Of a DNA stretch of 34,161 nt, positions 6,704-15,482 are shown in pieces. This stretch comes from a virus (lineage: Duplodnaviria > Caudoviricetes). The stretch spans positions 1-34,161 of the IMG/VR virus record IMGVR_UViG_3300037586_002003; one strand, 5' to 3'. How positions within the stretch are numbered: position 1 is the first letter of the stretch; every line of letters starts with the position of its first letter. Below the pieces are notes generated by a model, which searched no databases, was not told the DNA's origin, and was given only the letters and a program-made list of their open reading frames with translations. The position numbers were made by a program, and so were the translations under genes.

Positions 6704-7466
6704 GTTCAAGAAATTAGAGTGGTCTGGCCCTGCTTGGTACAAGGTTAAGACTGATGAAGATGGATATCCTAAAGAGTGGAAAATAATACATTTCCATCCT
6801 TTGAATTTAGGTAGTGCTGCATCAACTGAGTTTGAATCAGATGATATGGCTAAAATTCTAAAGAAAACATTCACGGAGTGTCCAGCTACTAAAAAAGCTA
6901 ATATTGGACTAATTCATAGCCATAATACTATGGGAGCTTTCTTATCTAGTACAGATCAAAGTACTATAGAAGATATGGCACCAAATGAAGGATTCTATGG
7001 TAGTTTAGTAGTGGCAAGTTCAGGTAAAGCTACTGAAGCTTTTGGATTTGGATATAAAGATCAATATAAAGCTTCTCATTGTGTTCTAATAGATGAGAGT
7101 GATATAGATATCCAAAATAATATCAAAATTCTAGAAGAATGGGAATTGATAGCAAAAGAGATTGAGGATAATAAAGTTCCAGTATCTACTCAAATTAAAA
7201 CATATGCAGGTACTCAAGTTTACAATGGTCAGAATAATTGGATTAATCAACATCAATCTAATCATAATCAGACAAGACTGTTTCAAGATAGTAAAGTTAC
7301 CAGTGTACAACAACAAAAGATAGATACTATTGTTGAATTACACTTTCAAGGTAAGTTAACTGATATTGATGCAGAAAATAAATTATGTAAACTTGGTATT
7401 GATGCGTTAACTGCAATGAAGTTATTATATCCTTATGATCCCTATCAAACTGGTTATCTTGTATGA
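6645..7466 (+). CDS. JAB/MPN+ (JAMM) metallo-isopeptidase
   Basis: E25 (LEWSG) and H91-S-H93-x7-S101-x2-D104, an exact JAMM motif. Confidence 0.9.
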   Translation: MCKLIIPKKIHNKYLYFLTKFKKLEWSGPAWYKVKTDEDGYPKEWKIIHFHPLNLGSAASTEFESDDMAKILKKTFTECPATKKANIGLIHSHNTMGAFLSSTDQSTIEDMAPNEGFYGSLVVASSGKATEAFGFGYKDQYKASHCVLIDESDIDIQNNIKILEEWELIAKEIEDNKVPVSTQIKTYAGTQVYNGQNNWINQHQSNHNQTRLFQDSKVTSVQQQKIDTIVELHFQGKLTDIDAENKLCKLGIDALTAMKLLYPYDPYQTGYLV

Positions 7467-8131
7467 CCAATCAAAATAGGTTTCTAAGAAATAAGGATTT
7501 AATCCCACAGAAAAAACTAGATCAAATTGGTTTAGTTGGATTAGGAGGTATCGGTTCACAGCTGGTACCTCTGTTGTCCATTATGGGTTTTAGGAAAATA
7601 ATAGGTTATGATCATGATACTCTTGAAGAGCATAATTTATCAACCACATTATATCCTCAAGCCTTTAGTGGTAGATATAAGTCTACTGCTGCGAATGCTA
7701 TAGGATACTCATATATGGATGATACACAGAGTATTGACTGTAAAGATGAACTCTATGATGAAGATAGTCCTACGTTCCCTAAAATGATTGTTTGTTTAGA
7801 CAATATGGAGGGTAGATTAATTGCCTATAATAAATGGTTAGAACAACCTAATAGACAGTTCTTTATAGATTTGCGTATGGGTGCTATGGCTATGGAAATT
7901 GTAACAGCTACTAAGAAATTTGATAAGTATCTTGATAGTTGGTTACCTACAAATGAGATAGCAGAAGAGCCTTGTACAATGAAGCATACTATCTTTACTG
8001 CAGCTATAGTTGGAGGTTTTGGTGTTGACCAAGTCTTTAATGTAGTTGCAAAAAGACCTTATTACTTGTACATTTGGATAGGCTTAATGCCATTAAAAAT
8101 GCGAACTGAACAGTTAATAATTAATACATAG
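7463..8131 (+). CDS. E1-like ThiF/MoeB family adenylyltransferase
   Basis: N-terminal RFLRN arginine finger, GLGGIGS nucleotide loop, D-x-D-x-LEEHNL, CLDN..R, FIDLRM, candidate catalytic Cys171 (EEPCT). Confidence 0.92.
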   Translation: MTNQNRFLRNKDLIPQKKLDQIGLVGLGGIGSQLVPLLSIMGFRKIIGYDHDTLEEHNLSTTLYPQAFSGRYKSTAANAIGYSYMDDTQSIDCKDELYDEDSPTFPKMIVCLDNMEGRLIAYNKWLEQPNRQFFIDLRMGAMAMEIVTATKKFDKYLDSWLPTNEIAEEPCTMKHTIFTAAIVGGFGVDQVFNVVAKRPYYLYIWIGLMPLKMRTEQLIINT

Positions 8132-8139
8132 GATGGTAT

Positions 8140-9006
8140 ATGGATATTAAAGTTAGGAAAATATCTACTGATTGGAAAGTGTTGCCCAATGGGTTGACTT
8201 GGTATTTTATCGGTCAACCCAAAACGGGTAAATCAACACAAGCTAGTCAATGGAGTAAAAATGGAGCAGACGGATGTCTCTTAATAGATACAGACTTAGG
8301 CTCAGATTTTGTTGATAAAGCAAATACAGTTACAGTAACATGCCTAAATACACCTACTAGACCTCAAATGTTTGAAGGAAAACAAATTGTTGAAAAGGGA
8401 ACCCCTTTGACAGAAGTTATTCCTAATGACGAAAGAGATCATTATCACAGAACTGGTGATAGTGTAGGTGAACCAATGGAAGTATATTCCATGGTAGAGG
8501 TATATTACTGGCTTAAGGAAAACTTGAAAAAGCTTCCTTATGATACAATTGCTATTGATACTCTTGATCACATAAATAGATGGATAGAAGACGAAGTATG
8601 TGATGAAAGAGGTCAAGTAGCAATGGGTGATGCAAGCTCATGGGGACAAGACTGGGCACAAGCTAGAAAGAAAAATCTTGATATAATCAGGAAATTTCAA
8701 CGGCTGTGCAAATCTTTAAATAAGAATCTTGTTCTAGTAAGTCATGCAAAACCAACATCAGTCACAGACGGCAAGAGTCAACTGGGGCCACAACTGCCGG
8801 GAGGTCTGGCAATTGGAGTAACTGCTTCAGCAGATGTAATTGGATACACTACCGCAAGTAAAGAAGATGGAAAGTTCTATATTTCTTTCCAATCTTATGA
8901 TGAAAGAGCTGTGGGCAGCAGATTGAAACCGCTTGCCCAAAAAGTTCTTGATTTCGATTACGATAGTGTAATGAACGAAATCCTTAAATTCAAAGAAAAG
9001 GAGTAG
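8140..9006 (+). CDS. AAA_24 / Sak4-like ATPase (phage recombinase)
   Basis: Walker A GQPKTGKS, Walker B IAIDT, LVLVSH, ADVIGY motifs. Confidence 0.8.
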   Translation: MDIKVRKISTDWKVLPNGLTWYFIGQPKTGKSTQASQWSKNGADGCLLIDTDLGSDFVDKANTVTVTCLNTPTRPQMFEGKQIVEKGTPLTEVIPNDERDHYHRTGDSVGEPMEVYSMVEVYYWLKENLKKLPYDTIAIDTLDHINRWIEDEVCDERGQVAMGDASSWGQDWAQARKKNLDIIRKFQRLCKSLNKNLVLVSHAKPTSVTDGKSQLGPQLPGGLAIGVTASADVIGYTTASKEDGKFYISFQSYDERAVGSRLKPLAQKVLDFDYDSVMNEILKFKEKE

Positions 9007-9009
9007 CGT

Positions 9010-9645
9010 ATGCCGTATAGAGGTTCTTACGAAGCTAAAAGAACAAATTCAGGTAAAAGCCCTTGGTTAGGATTCCAAGATGTTGCTTTAACTGATTTTG
9101 TTAATAAATCAGATCAATATGAAAATCTGGATGTGTACATAGAGGTACATTTCAGGAATGAGAATAGTCAATTTCCTACTAAATATAATTTATTGGGAAG
9201 TTTTGATTATGAATCAGATGGGACTATTTCTGGTGATAGTAGCTTGTTAAAAAAGATACTCTACTTAACAGATGCTCTCGGATGGGACGGTGGTATAAAT
9301 ACCAAAGGAGAATGGGTTGATGGTGATGATAATGTCTTAGAAGACGATGTCGCACTAACATTAAATGCTCATTTTACACAAGCCAATTATGGAATAGACA
9401 ACCATGATACACCTTATTATATTTTTGTTTACAGCAAATGGGATGATAAGGCAAAAAGAGCTTACCCAACCGTATGCCCTAAGGTAGTTAAAAATGACGA
9501 AAAAGGTCGGACTGATCTTGAAAGTTATATTAACTTCATGAAGGCTAAAAAGTATATTGTTGAGCACGACGCAAATGAGAAAGTTGTTAATAGTGTATCA
9601 CCTAGAAGTACCACTGCTTCTGGTGGAACACAAACTTCTTTTTAG
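9010..9645 (+). CDS. Putative single-stranded DNA-binding protein
   Basis: Acidic, aromatic-rich 211 aa between the Sak4-like ATPase and primase-helicase; flexible tail ending in Phe; positional inference. Confidence 0.45.
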   Translation: MPYRGSYEAKRTNSGKSPWLGFQDVALTDFVNKSDQYENLDVYIEVHFRNENSQFPTKYNLLGSFDYESDGTISGDSSLLKKILYLTDALGWDGGINTKGEWVDGDDNVLEDDVALTLNAHFTQANYGIDNHDTPYYIFVYSKWDDKAKRAYPTVCPKVVKNDEKGRTDLESYINFMKAKKYIVEHDANEKVVNSVSPRSTTASGGTQTSF

Positions 9646-11474
9646 TGTCATTCTTTAACGAAGTAGCAATAGGGAGCCCTCGTAATAGAGGGCTTCTTAT
9701 TCCTGAAGAACAAGTTATAGATGTTATTATTGAACATGGTGAGAATAATGCTGTATATAAAAGCTTATATCTATATGATGAAGAGGCCAAAGAATATTTT
9801 AAGATAAGAAAAACTCTTAAAGATTTTATTGGTAAAAGATACATAAAAAATGTATTAATTGATATAGATAAAGGACAAGATTCAGATCAACATACACTAA
9901 ATAAAACAAAAGGTGTATTATTTGAATTAGAAGAGCTGAATGTATCCCCAGAATCTTATCAAGTTTTCTTTAGTGGTACTGGATATCATATAATGATAAG
10001 TGGGGAAGTATTTAATTTTCCGTCAGGAAATAAAGACTTACCATTTATTGTTAAAGAAACTATGAACAATTTATTCAGTGAAATAGATTTAGCAGTCTAT
10101 AACAGAACTTCGATCTACAGGTGCAGAGACACTCTAAACCAAAAATCATCTCTATATAAAATTCCACTTTCATATTCTGAAATACAAAATCTATCATTTG
10201 AAGATATACATAGAATGGCTGCGAGTCGTAGACATTATTTTGTTGAAAATATCTGGGGTGATGGAGAATTAGAAGATAAGATCGCTATGACTGTTCCAAA
10301 GATTAGAACAATGGAATCAAGCGTAGAACCTAAGAATATTGTACCATGCGTACAGAAGATGTATTCACTTGGCCCAGAAAAGGGATCAAGAAATAATACT
10401 ATGATGCGAATAGCATCCCATTTCTTCAGACATGGTATACCAAGTGTTGCAACAAAAGCATCACTTCTTGAATGGAATAATAATCAACTAAGGGAAGATT
10501 TAGTTTTAAAGAAGGTAGAAGATACTTATCGTGGTGGATACAAATATGGTTGTCAAGATGAACTAATGATGAAATATTGTAAACCAAATTGTATTTACTA
10601 TAAAAGAAAAGACTATCTTGTAGACATAAAGAATAGTGAAGATTTACAATCGGACTTAGCTGCAAGGCTAGAAACCGATTTTACGGGCAGAACTATAGAC
10701 CTAGCTAGGCAGTTAGGCGTATATATGACAGATGCGACTATATACCCCGGTGAATTAGTCACTATATTCGGTTCGACAGGGGCTAACAAAACAGCGTTAG
10801 CACAAAACATAGTGTTAGGATATAATGCAAACCTCGACATAATAGAGAGTGAGCTGCAAATTCCAACACTGTTCTTATCATTAGAACTATCTGGATTTGT
10901 AATGCATCGAAGAAATTTACAAATTGTATCAGGTGGGAGTAAAGACAATGTAATTAAAAACTATAAAGAACTTTATCAGCATCATAAAGATGACTTAAGT
11001 CATATAGCAATTCAGTCTATTAGTCCTAGCGTACAACAGGTACAAGAAAAGATAAGAAAATTTCAACCTAAATGTGTAGTCGTGGACTATATAGATTTAA
11101 TTGATGTTCCCTACAATGTAAGAGGAGAATATGAGAAATTAAATTATATTAGTCATTCATTTTCCAATATGGCTGTGAACGAAGATATAATAATTATCCA
11201 AATTTCACAGGTAAGCAGAGAATATTCCAGAAGTCAAACTATGGATTTGTATGCTGCAAAAGGAAGTGGAGCAATTGAAAATGCATCTAGAAAAGTACTT
11301 GGAATCACTGGTAAGTCAGATGACCCAGAGAAAAAGGTATCTTTATTTAAGAACAGTGATGGTGATCTATTTGATGTAGAACTCGAATGGCAACCATCAT
11401 TCAGATTAAAAAAGAAGAATATCTTCAATGGTGGTAATGGTAAATTCCAAATGGTAGATGAAAGAGGAGTATAA
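9645..11474 (+). CDS. AEP primase (PrimPol-like) fused to a DnaB/SF4 helicase
   Basis: AEP motifs LIDID and FSGTGYH; GSRNN PriCT-like segment with 4 Cys; helicase motifs GSTGANKT, LSLE, VVDY, ISQ, GSGAIE; GTG start overlapping the upstream TAG. Confidence 0.85.
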   Translation: MSFFNEVAIGSPRNRGLLIPEEQVIDVIIEHGENNAVYKSLYLYDEEAKEYFKIRKTLKDFIGKRYIKNVLIDIDKGQDSDQHTLNKTKGVLFELEELNVSPESYQVFFSGTGYHIMISGEVFNFPSGNKDLPFIVKETMNNLFSEIDLAVYNRTSIYRCRDTLNQKSSLYKIPLSYSEIQNLSFEDIHRMAASRRHYFVENIWGDGELEDKIAMTVPKIRTMESSVEPKNIVPCVQKMYSLGPEKGSRNNTMMRIASHFFRHGIPSVATKASLLEWNNNQLREDLVLKKVEDTYRGGYKYGCQDELMMKYCKPNCIYYKRKDYLVDIKNSEDLQSDLAARLETDFTGRTIDLARQLGVYMTDATIYPGELVTIFGSTGANKTALAQNIVLGYNANLDIIESELQIPTLFLSLELSGFVMHRRNLQIVSGGSKDNVIKNYKELYQHHKDDLSHIAIQSISPSVQQVQEKIRKFQPKCVVVDYIDLIDVPYNVRGEYEKLNYISHSFSNMAVNEDIIIIQISQVSREYSRSQTMDLYAAKGSGAIENASRKVLGITGKSDDPEKKVSLFKNSDGDLFDVELEWQPSFRLKKKNIFNGGNGKFQMVDERGV

Positions 11475-12029
11475 ATGGCTACTACAAAAGAACTAGTTGG
11501 TGAACTTATCGATGTTAATCAAGAAATCGAGTGGCTTGGACAGTTACCCGATCTTGATATGGATAGTTTGAAAAAGCTTGAAGAACATCGTATGACACTT
11601 CATCGGCAAGTAAGAAACAAACTCGATAATGTTGATTATTTTATGGTTGAGCTTAGCAAGAGAGAACATCTCATTGATGCTGAGGTAGAGGCTTTGAAAG
11701 AAGAGATTGATAGATTAAAATCTCGTCGTAGAGGCCTTGAAAAGACTATGGATTACTTTAATAAAACGCTTCTTCCTGCTGTTATTCTAGAAATTGGCAA
11801 TGATGATGGTGTTTATGAAACTAATACTGCAAGATACAAACTCTATGAAACCTATGGTGGAGTAGAAGTTGATCCACATGCAGTATCAGATGATTTTAAG
11901 AAAGTTCATTTTACTGAGAAACTAGATAAAGTGAAAGCTAGAAAGGCAGCAATATCAGCTCATAAAGCTGGTGATGATATGCCTGAAGGTATCAATATCT
12001 CTCGAGTCAAAAGAGTAAAGCGTACATAA
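11475..12029 (+). CDS. Siphovirus Gp157-like coiled-coil protein
   Basis: K-x-DN...IDAEVEALKEEIDRLKSRRRGLEK...Y pattern and C-terminal DK...K-x-G..PEG, typical of the family. Confidence 0.7.
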   Translation: MATTKELVGELIDVNQEIEWLGQLPDLDMDSLKKLEEHRMTLHRQVRNKLDNVDYFMVELSKREHLIDAEVEALKEEIDRLKSRRRGLEKTMDYFNKTLLPAVILEIGNDDGVYETNTARYKLYETYGGVEVDPHAVSDDFKKVHFTEKLDKVKARKAAISAHKAGDDMPEGINISRVKRVKRT

Positions 12030-12032
12030 TGG

Positions 12033-12062
12033 TTGTATAATGCATTCTTTTGTTCATAAATT
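12033..12062 (+). promoter_or_regulatory. Candidate promoter, TTGTAT-18-TAAATT
   Basis: -35 at 12033-12038 and -10 at 12057-12062, immediately before a structured leader. Confidence 0.45.
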
Positions 12063-12066
12063 ATAT

Positions 12067-12170
12067 AGGGCTCAGTTGATTGAAAGGGGGAGGACAAAGA
12101 CCTCTTACACGCCCGGCGATGTATCATAAGCCTTTTAACAAGCGAAGTAATGCAAAAAACGCTGAGCCCT
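12067..12170 (+). ncRNA. Structured RNA or leader upstream of the HNH gene
   Basis: AGGGCTCAG/CTGAGCCCT closing stem; TTGAAAGG/CCTTTTAA, GGAGG/CCTCT and TACA/TGTA inner helices. Confidence 0.45.
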
Positions 12171-12177
12171 TATAATT

Positions 12178-12618
12178 ATGAAATATGATAAGAAAGCATT
12201 TAAAGAGGTATTAGAACCTCATCATCGTACTTATTGGAAGATTGCTTACACAAAGCTACAAAGAAAGATGCAAAGTCTCAAATCCTCCCTTAAAAAACGA
12301 TCAGAAGATTCAAATGTAATATTTATGATTGAAATGGATGATCTTCGTGAAATGTTTTATGTTAACTATGGTGACGGCTGCAAATATTGTAAAAGAAAGA
12401 TGACATTAAGAAATATGGTATGTGATCATATTGTCCCACTTTCAAAAGGTGGAGATTCCATCATTGATAATCTACAATTAATTTGCAAATCATGTAACAC
12501 CAGAAAAGGCCCATTAGAGGAAGATGAATTTGAATATCTTATGAAATGGGTAGAAAATTTAGAAGACGAAACAAAAGAATATGTGCTACGAAAGCTAGCA
12601 AAAGGAGGAAGATATTGA
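12178..12618 (+). CDS. HNH endonuclease
   Basis: CKYC...DHIVPLSKGG...NLQLICKSCN-x2-KG. Confidence 0.92.
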   Translation: MKYDKKAFKEVLEPHHRTYWKIAYTKLQRKMQSLKSSLKKRSEDSNVIFMIEMDDLREMFYVNYGDGCKYCKRKMTLRNMVCDHIVPLSKGGDSIIDNLQLICKSCNTRKGPLEEDEFEYLMKWVENLEDETKEYVLRKLAKGGRY

Positions 12619-12887
12619 ACTTAACTAGAGAACAGACAGAAATGCTTATGACAGCATTAAGTAATCATCGGGCTAATCTTTATATAAATGATAATGATAT
12701 CGAAGAATTAGATAGGTGTTCTGATCTTATCAGAGACATTGAAGATGAAATGGAATCTAAGGACATTGGACAAAAAAGGATTCCAGTCCAAGATGGACAA
12801 ACAGAAGTTGGCTCTGAAACAGGTATTGAAGAAGATTATAATAAATTAACTCCATATTCTGAATCAATATGTGATGAATATGATTGA
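12615..12887 (+). CDS. Acidic hypothetical protein, about 90 aa
   Basis: Track ORF 12546..12887; likely start is TTG 12615 after GGAGG, overlapping the HNH stop. Confidence 0.65.
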   Translation: MNLTREQTEMLMTALSNHRANLYINDNDIEELDRCSDLIRDIEDEMESKDIGQKRIPVQDGQTEVGSETGIEEDYNKLTPYSESICDEYD

Positions 12888-13389
12888 TAATATTATTGAA
12901 GCACCATTTACAAAAGAAATGGTATCAAATGCTAAGAAAAAAGCCAAAAATTTAGGAAAAATTAGTAATTCTATTTTAGGTGGAGAAGGTAATTTTGCTG
13001 GTTATCTTGGTGAAGAAATTGTAGCAGATTATATGAAAGCCTTACAAATTAGTACCGATGAAGGTGATGAAAAATATAGCTACGATTTAGTAAAAGATAA
13101 TCAGAAGATAGAAGTAAAAACTAAGCGTAGAACAGTTCCCCCAAAAGGTTTCTATGATGCAAGTGTTGCTGATTATAGTAGACATCAAAATCCAGACATA
13201 TATGTATTTGTTAGTATACAATTCAACGATAATACACCAATTAAATCATGGATATGTGGTAAAAAAGATGCGAAAGAATATTTCAAACAAGCCACATTTT
13301 ATTCTAGAGGAGATATAGACTCTTCAAATAATTGGAAAGTTTCTGTAGATTGTTATAACTTACCATACAATAAATTAGATAGAATTTAA
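12871..13389 (+). CDS. PD-(D/E)xK restriction-endonuclease-fold protein
   Basis: G-x-LGE helix, YD, IEVKT motif. Confidence 0.65.
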   Translation: MMNMIDNIIEAPFTKEMVSNAKKKAKNLGKISNSILGGEGNFAGYLGEEIVADYMKALQISTDEGDEKYSYDLVKDNQKIEVKTKRRTVPPKGFYDASVADYSRHQNPDIYVFVSIQFNDNTPIKSWICGKKDAKEYFKQATFYSRGDIDSSNNWKVSVDCYNLPYNKLDRI

Positions 13390-13823
13390 TGAACAATAAA
13401 CAAATACTAAAGAACAAGGTCGGCTTTCTAGAACAATCATTGCTGGAAGCCGACTGGACTATAAAACAAATGGCTCTTAGAATAGATGCAATGCAAGAAC
13501 AAATAGATAAGTATAAGAAATCAGGTGATAAAAAAGACCTTGAGCAAAACAATGACTTAATTATTGATTTAATCAAAAAAAGATTAGATATAGGTGCAGA
13601 GCAATATCATCAAAATGTACCAATAATGCCTAGAGATGATATAACAAGAGATAATTTCTATGAAGCTGTTGAAGAAGCACTTGATTTGTCCGTATATTTA
13701 TCAGCGTATATGTTAAGGCTGATGGAGGAGAAAGAACGCAGGGAATTCGAACCGACGACAGCAGACGAACATAATCATAAAGAAAAAGATGAAAACAGAG
13801 AAGAAGAGGAAAGCTCAGCTTAA
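13389..13823 (+). CDS. Coiled coil plus putative all-alpha NTP pyrophosphohydrolase (MazG-like) domain
   Basis: R-x3-G-x3-Y...EA-x-EEALD-x3-YL acidic helix motif. Confidence 0.5.
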   Translation: MNNKQILKNKVGFLEQSLLEADWTIKQMALRIDAMQEQIDKYKKSGDKKDLEQNNDLIIDLIKKRLDIGAEQYHQNVPIMPRDDITRDNFYEAVEEALDLSVYLSAYMLRLMEEKERREFEPTTADEHNHKEKDENREEEESSA

Positions 13824-14004
13824 GTGTGCCAATTGGTACTTAGGTAACTGTCTTGGCTGCATGATCCACATAGACAGAGCTTATCTTAAAAGAAATAATT
13901 GTGCCCCAGTATTTTTACACATTGATGACAAGTTAGAAAATAAACCATGTGTTGTAGATACAAAAGAAGGGTGTCAATATTTTAAGAATTTCTTGCAAAG
14001 ATAG
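13789..14004 (+). CDS. Small Cys-rich hypothetical protein
   Basis: CANW, CLGC, PC and GCQYF; last gene of the + block. Confidence 0.6.
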   Translation: MKTEKKRKAQLKCANWYLGNCLGCMIHIDRAYLKRNNCAPVFLHIDDKLENKPCVVDTKEGCQYFKNFLQR

Positions 14005-14017
14005 AACTACGCTAAAC

Positions 14018-14105
14018 GACTAGGTTTTCCTTTATTTCCCTAGTCCAGTAGTCTATCCCTTCCACAAGAGGGGAGATCGTTTACTGTTTTCGGTCTCCCC
14101 TATCT
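14018..14105. terminator. Hairpins at the convergence of the two arms, likely bidirectional terminator
   Basis: GACTAGG/CCTAGTC (14018-14045) and AGGGGAGATCG/CGGTCTCCCCT (14069-14101) between convergent stops. Confidence 0.65.
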
Positions 14106-15482
14106 TTATCTCATATATCTTCCAATTCTTGTTAACTTTATCAAACCTTTTGTGCCAAGCCTAAGAGCTTTCTCCATAGCTTTTTCCCATTTACCAGCTT
14201 TTATAGCAGTTTTTAATTGTTCTCTAGTACTAATTCTTGCTACATCTCGTGAGGTAACAACATTAAAGTGAACCTTTCTTTGAAAGGGATCATTATTAGT
14301 AAGCACATCATACTTATCTGATATTAAAATATCAGTTTTTATATTCTTACTTGGTATACCGCCTTTTATATGCTGTCTAAAAACACGACCCTTTGATTTT
14401 CTCAAATTAACACTGGCATTAACTCCGCCAACAAGATAATGTGGTTTATATTGTGGGGATAAAACAATATTTGCTATCCCAGTATTTTTATTATATTTAA
14501 AAGATTGCATAAATTTTCTAACTTCTAAATCTAAATCATCTATATGTTCATGAAGAACATTAGCTGAAGCAACTCTAAATCCCTTTATACTTCTTTTTTG
14601 CATACTATAAATTCTTTCCCTAGCATATTTCTCAATACTTTTAGGATCATCTAAATCTGCATACTTCATGACATATTCACCCATTTGATATTGAGCATCT
14701 CTTTTTACTGACTTAACAATAGCTTTCTTATCACCGCCTACGTCAAGAATTTTTGAAATTGATATTTTAGAATCAGGATGCAATGTTCTTCCATGTTGTG
14801 TTAAAACTCTTGAATGATCAGAAAGTCCTTCACCAGTACCAAATGCAGTTTTCATATCTGTTAATATAGGTTCACTTAATCCATTAGCTCTTAACCTATC
14901 TACATTAACTTTACCAGTTTCTGTCCAATCTATCATTTCTTGTGCAAGTTTTTCATGTCTATGAGCTCTTTTTAGAGTTGTATATTTATAACCGCCAGAA
15001 TCACGACCTCTTATATTTGCTGTTCTTTCATGCTTCTCAACATCTAATCTAGCCCTATGTTCAGCAAAAGTTTTCTCACCATACTTATTCATTTCATCTT
15101 GGATAATCTGTCTTTGCATCTTTGGATATTCATTTTTTAGCATAGGAGCATGGCGTTTAACTATTTTTTGTATCTCATCCTTCTCATTGTTCATCATATG
15201 CTGAGCCATTAATTTTTGCTTATCTCTTTTTGTCCTACCCTTATCATAAAAAGTTTCTACTACTGTACTCATTTTACCAGCTCTTTTACCTATAGCAGTT
15301 CCAGCACCACTATATTTTAACCCTTGATATCCTAAGGCACTAATTCCCCACCCAGCACCACCTACGGTAGCTGCCTTAGCCAATACTTCTTTAGTTCTTC
15401 TGTAATTATCATCATTCTCTTCATTCAGTTCACGAATAGGTATCTGATTCTTTCTTAATATATAATCTAATTCATTTTTCAT
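14106..15482 (-). CDS. Basic hypothetical protein, 458 aa, probably virion-associated
   Basis: Long ORF coupled by ATGA overlap to the 2903-aa gene; Gly/Ala hydrophobic segment near the N-terminus. Confidence 0.7.
   Translation of the reverse strand: MKNELDYILRKNQIPIRELNEENDDNYRRTKEVLAKAATVGGAGWGISALGYQGLKYSGAGTAIGKRAGKMSTVVETFYDKGRTKRDKQKLMAQHMMNNEKDEIQKIVKRHAPMLKNEYPKMQRQIIQDEMNKYGEKTFAEHRARLDVEKHERTANIRGRDSGGYKYTTLKRAHRHEKLAQEMIDWTETGKVNVDRLRANGLSEPILTDMKTAFGTGEGLSDHSRVLTQHGRTLHPDSKISISKILDVGGDKKAIVKSVKRDAQYQMGEYVMKYADLDDPKSIEKYARERIYSMQKRSIKGFRVASANVLHEHIDDLDLEVRKFMQSFKYNKNTGIANIVLSPQYKPHYLVGGVNASVNLRKSKGRVFRQHIKGGIPSKNIKTDILISDKYDVLTNNDPFQRKVHFNVVTSRDVARISTREQLKTAIKAGKWEKAMEKALRLGTKGLIKLTRIGRYMR

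Noticed and set aside
4579-8131. Thiamine or molybdopterin sulfur-relay (ThiS/ThiF, MoaD/MoeB) auxiliary metabolic genes
   Set aside because: No ThiG, MoaE, cysteine desulfurase or rhodanese nearby. The E2-like and JAB genes between Ubl and E1 favour protein conjugation.
4579-8131. Host defence island or lambda-type tail assembly genes (JAB gpK plus Ubl gpI)
   Set aside because: The cassette is embedded in the phage early/replication operon on the strand opposite the tail genes, has no NlpC/P60 domain and includes an E1.
3506-12110. Shared AAAGG-hairpin-TACAC motif between the elements at 3498 and 12067
   Set aside because: In the 12067 element these words are base-paired in other helices, so the similarity is probably coincidental.
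3506-13576. Short - strand ORFs inside the + arm (for example 5503..5730, 8344..8616, 10613..10948, 13304..13576)
   Set aside because: Antisense shadows of well-supported genes.
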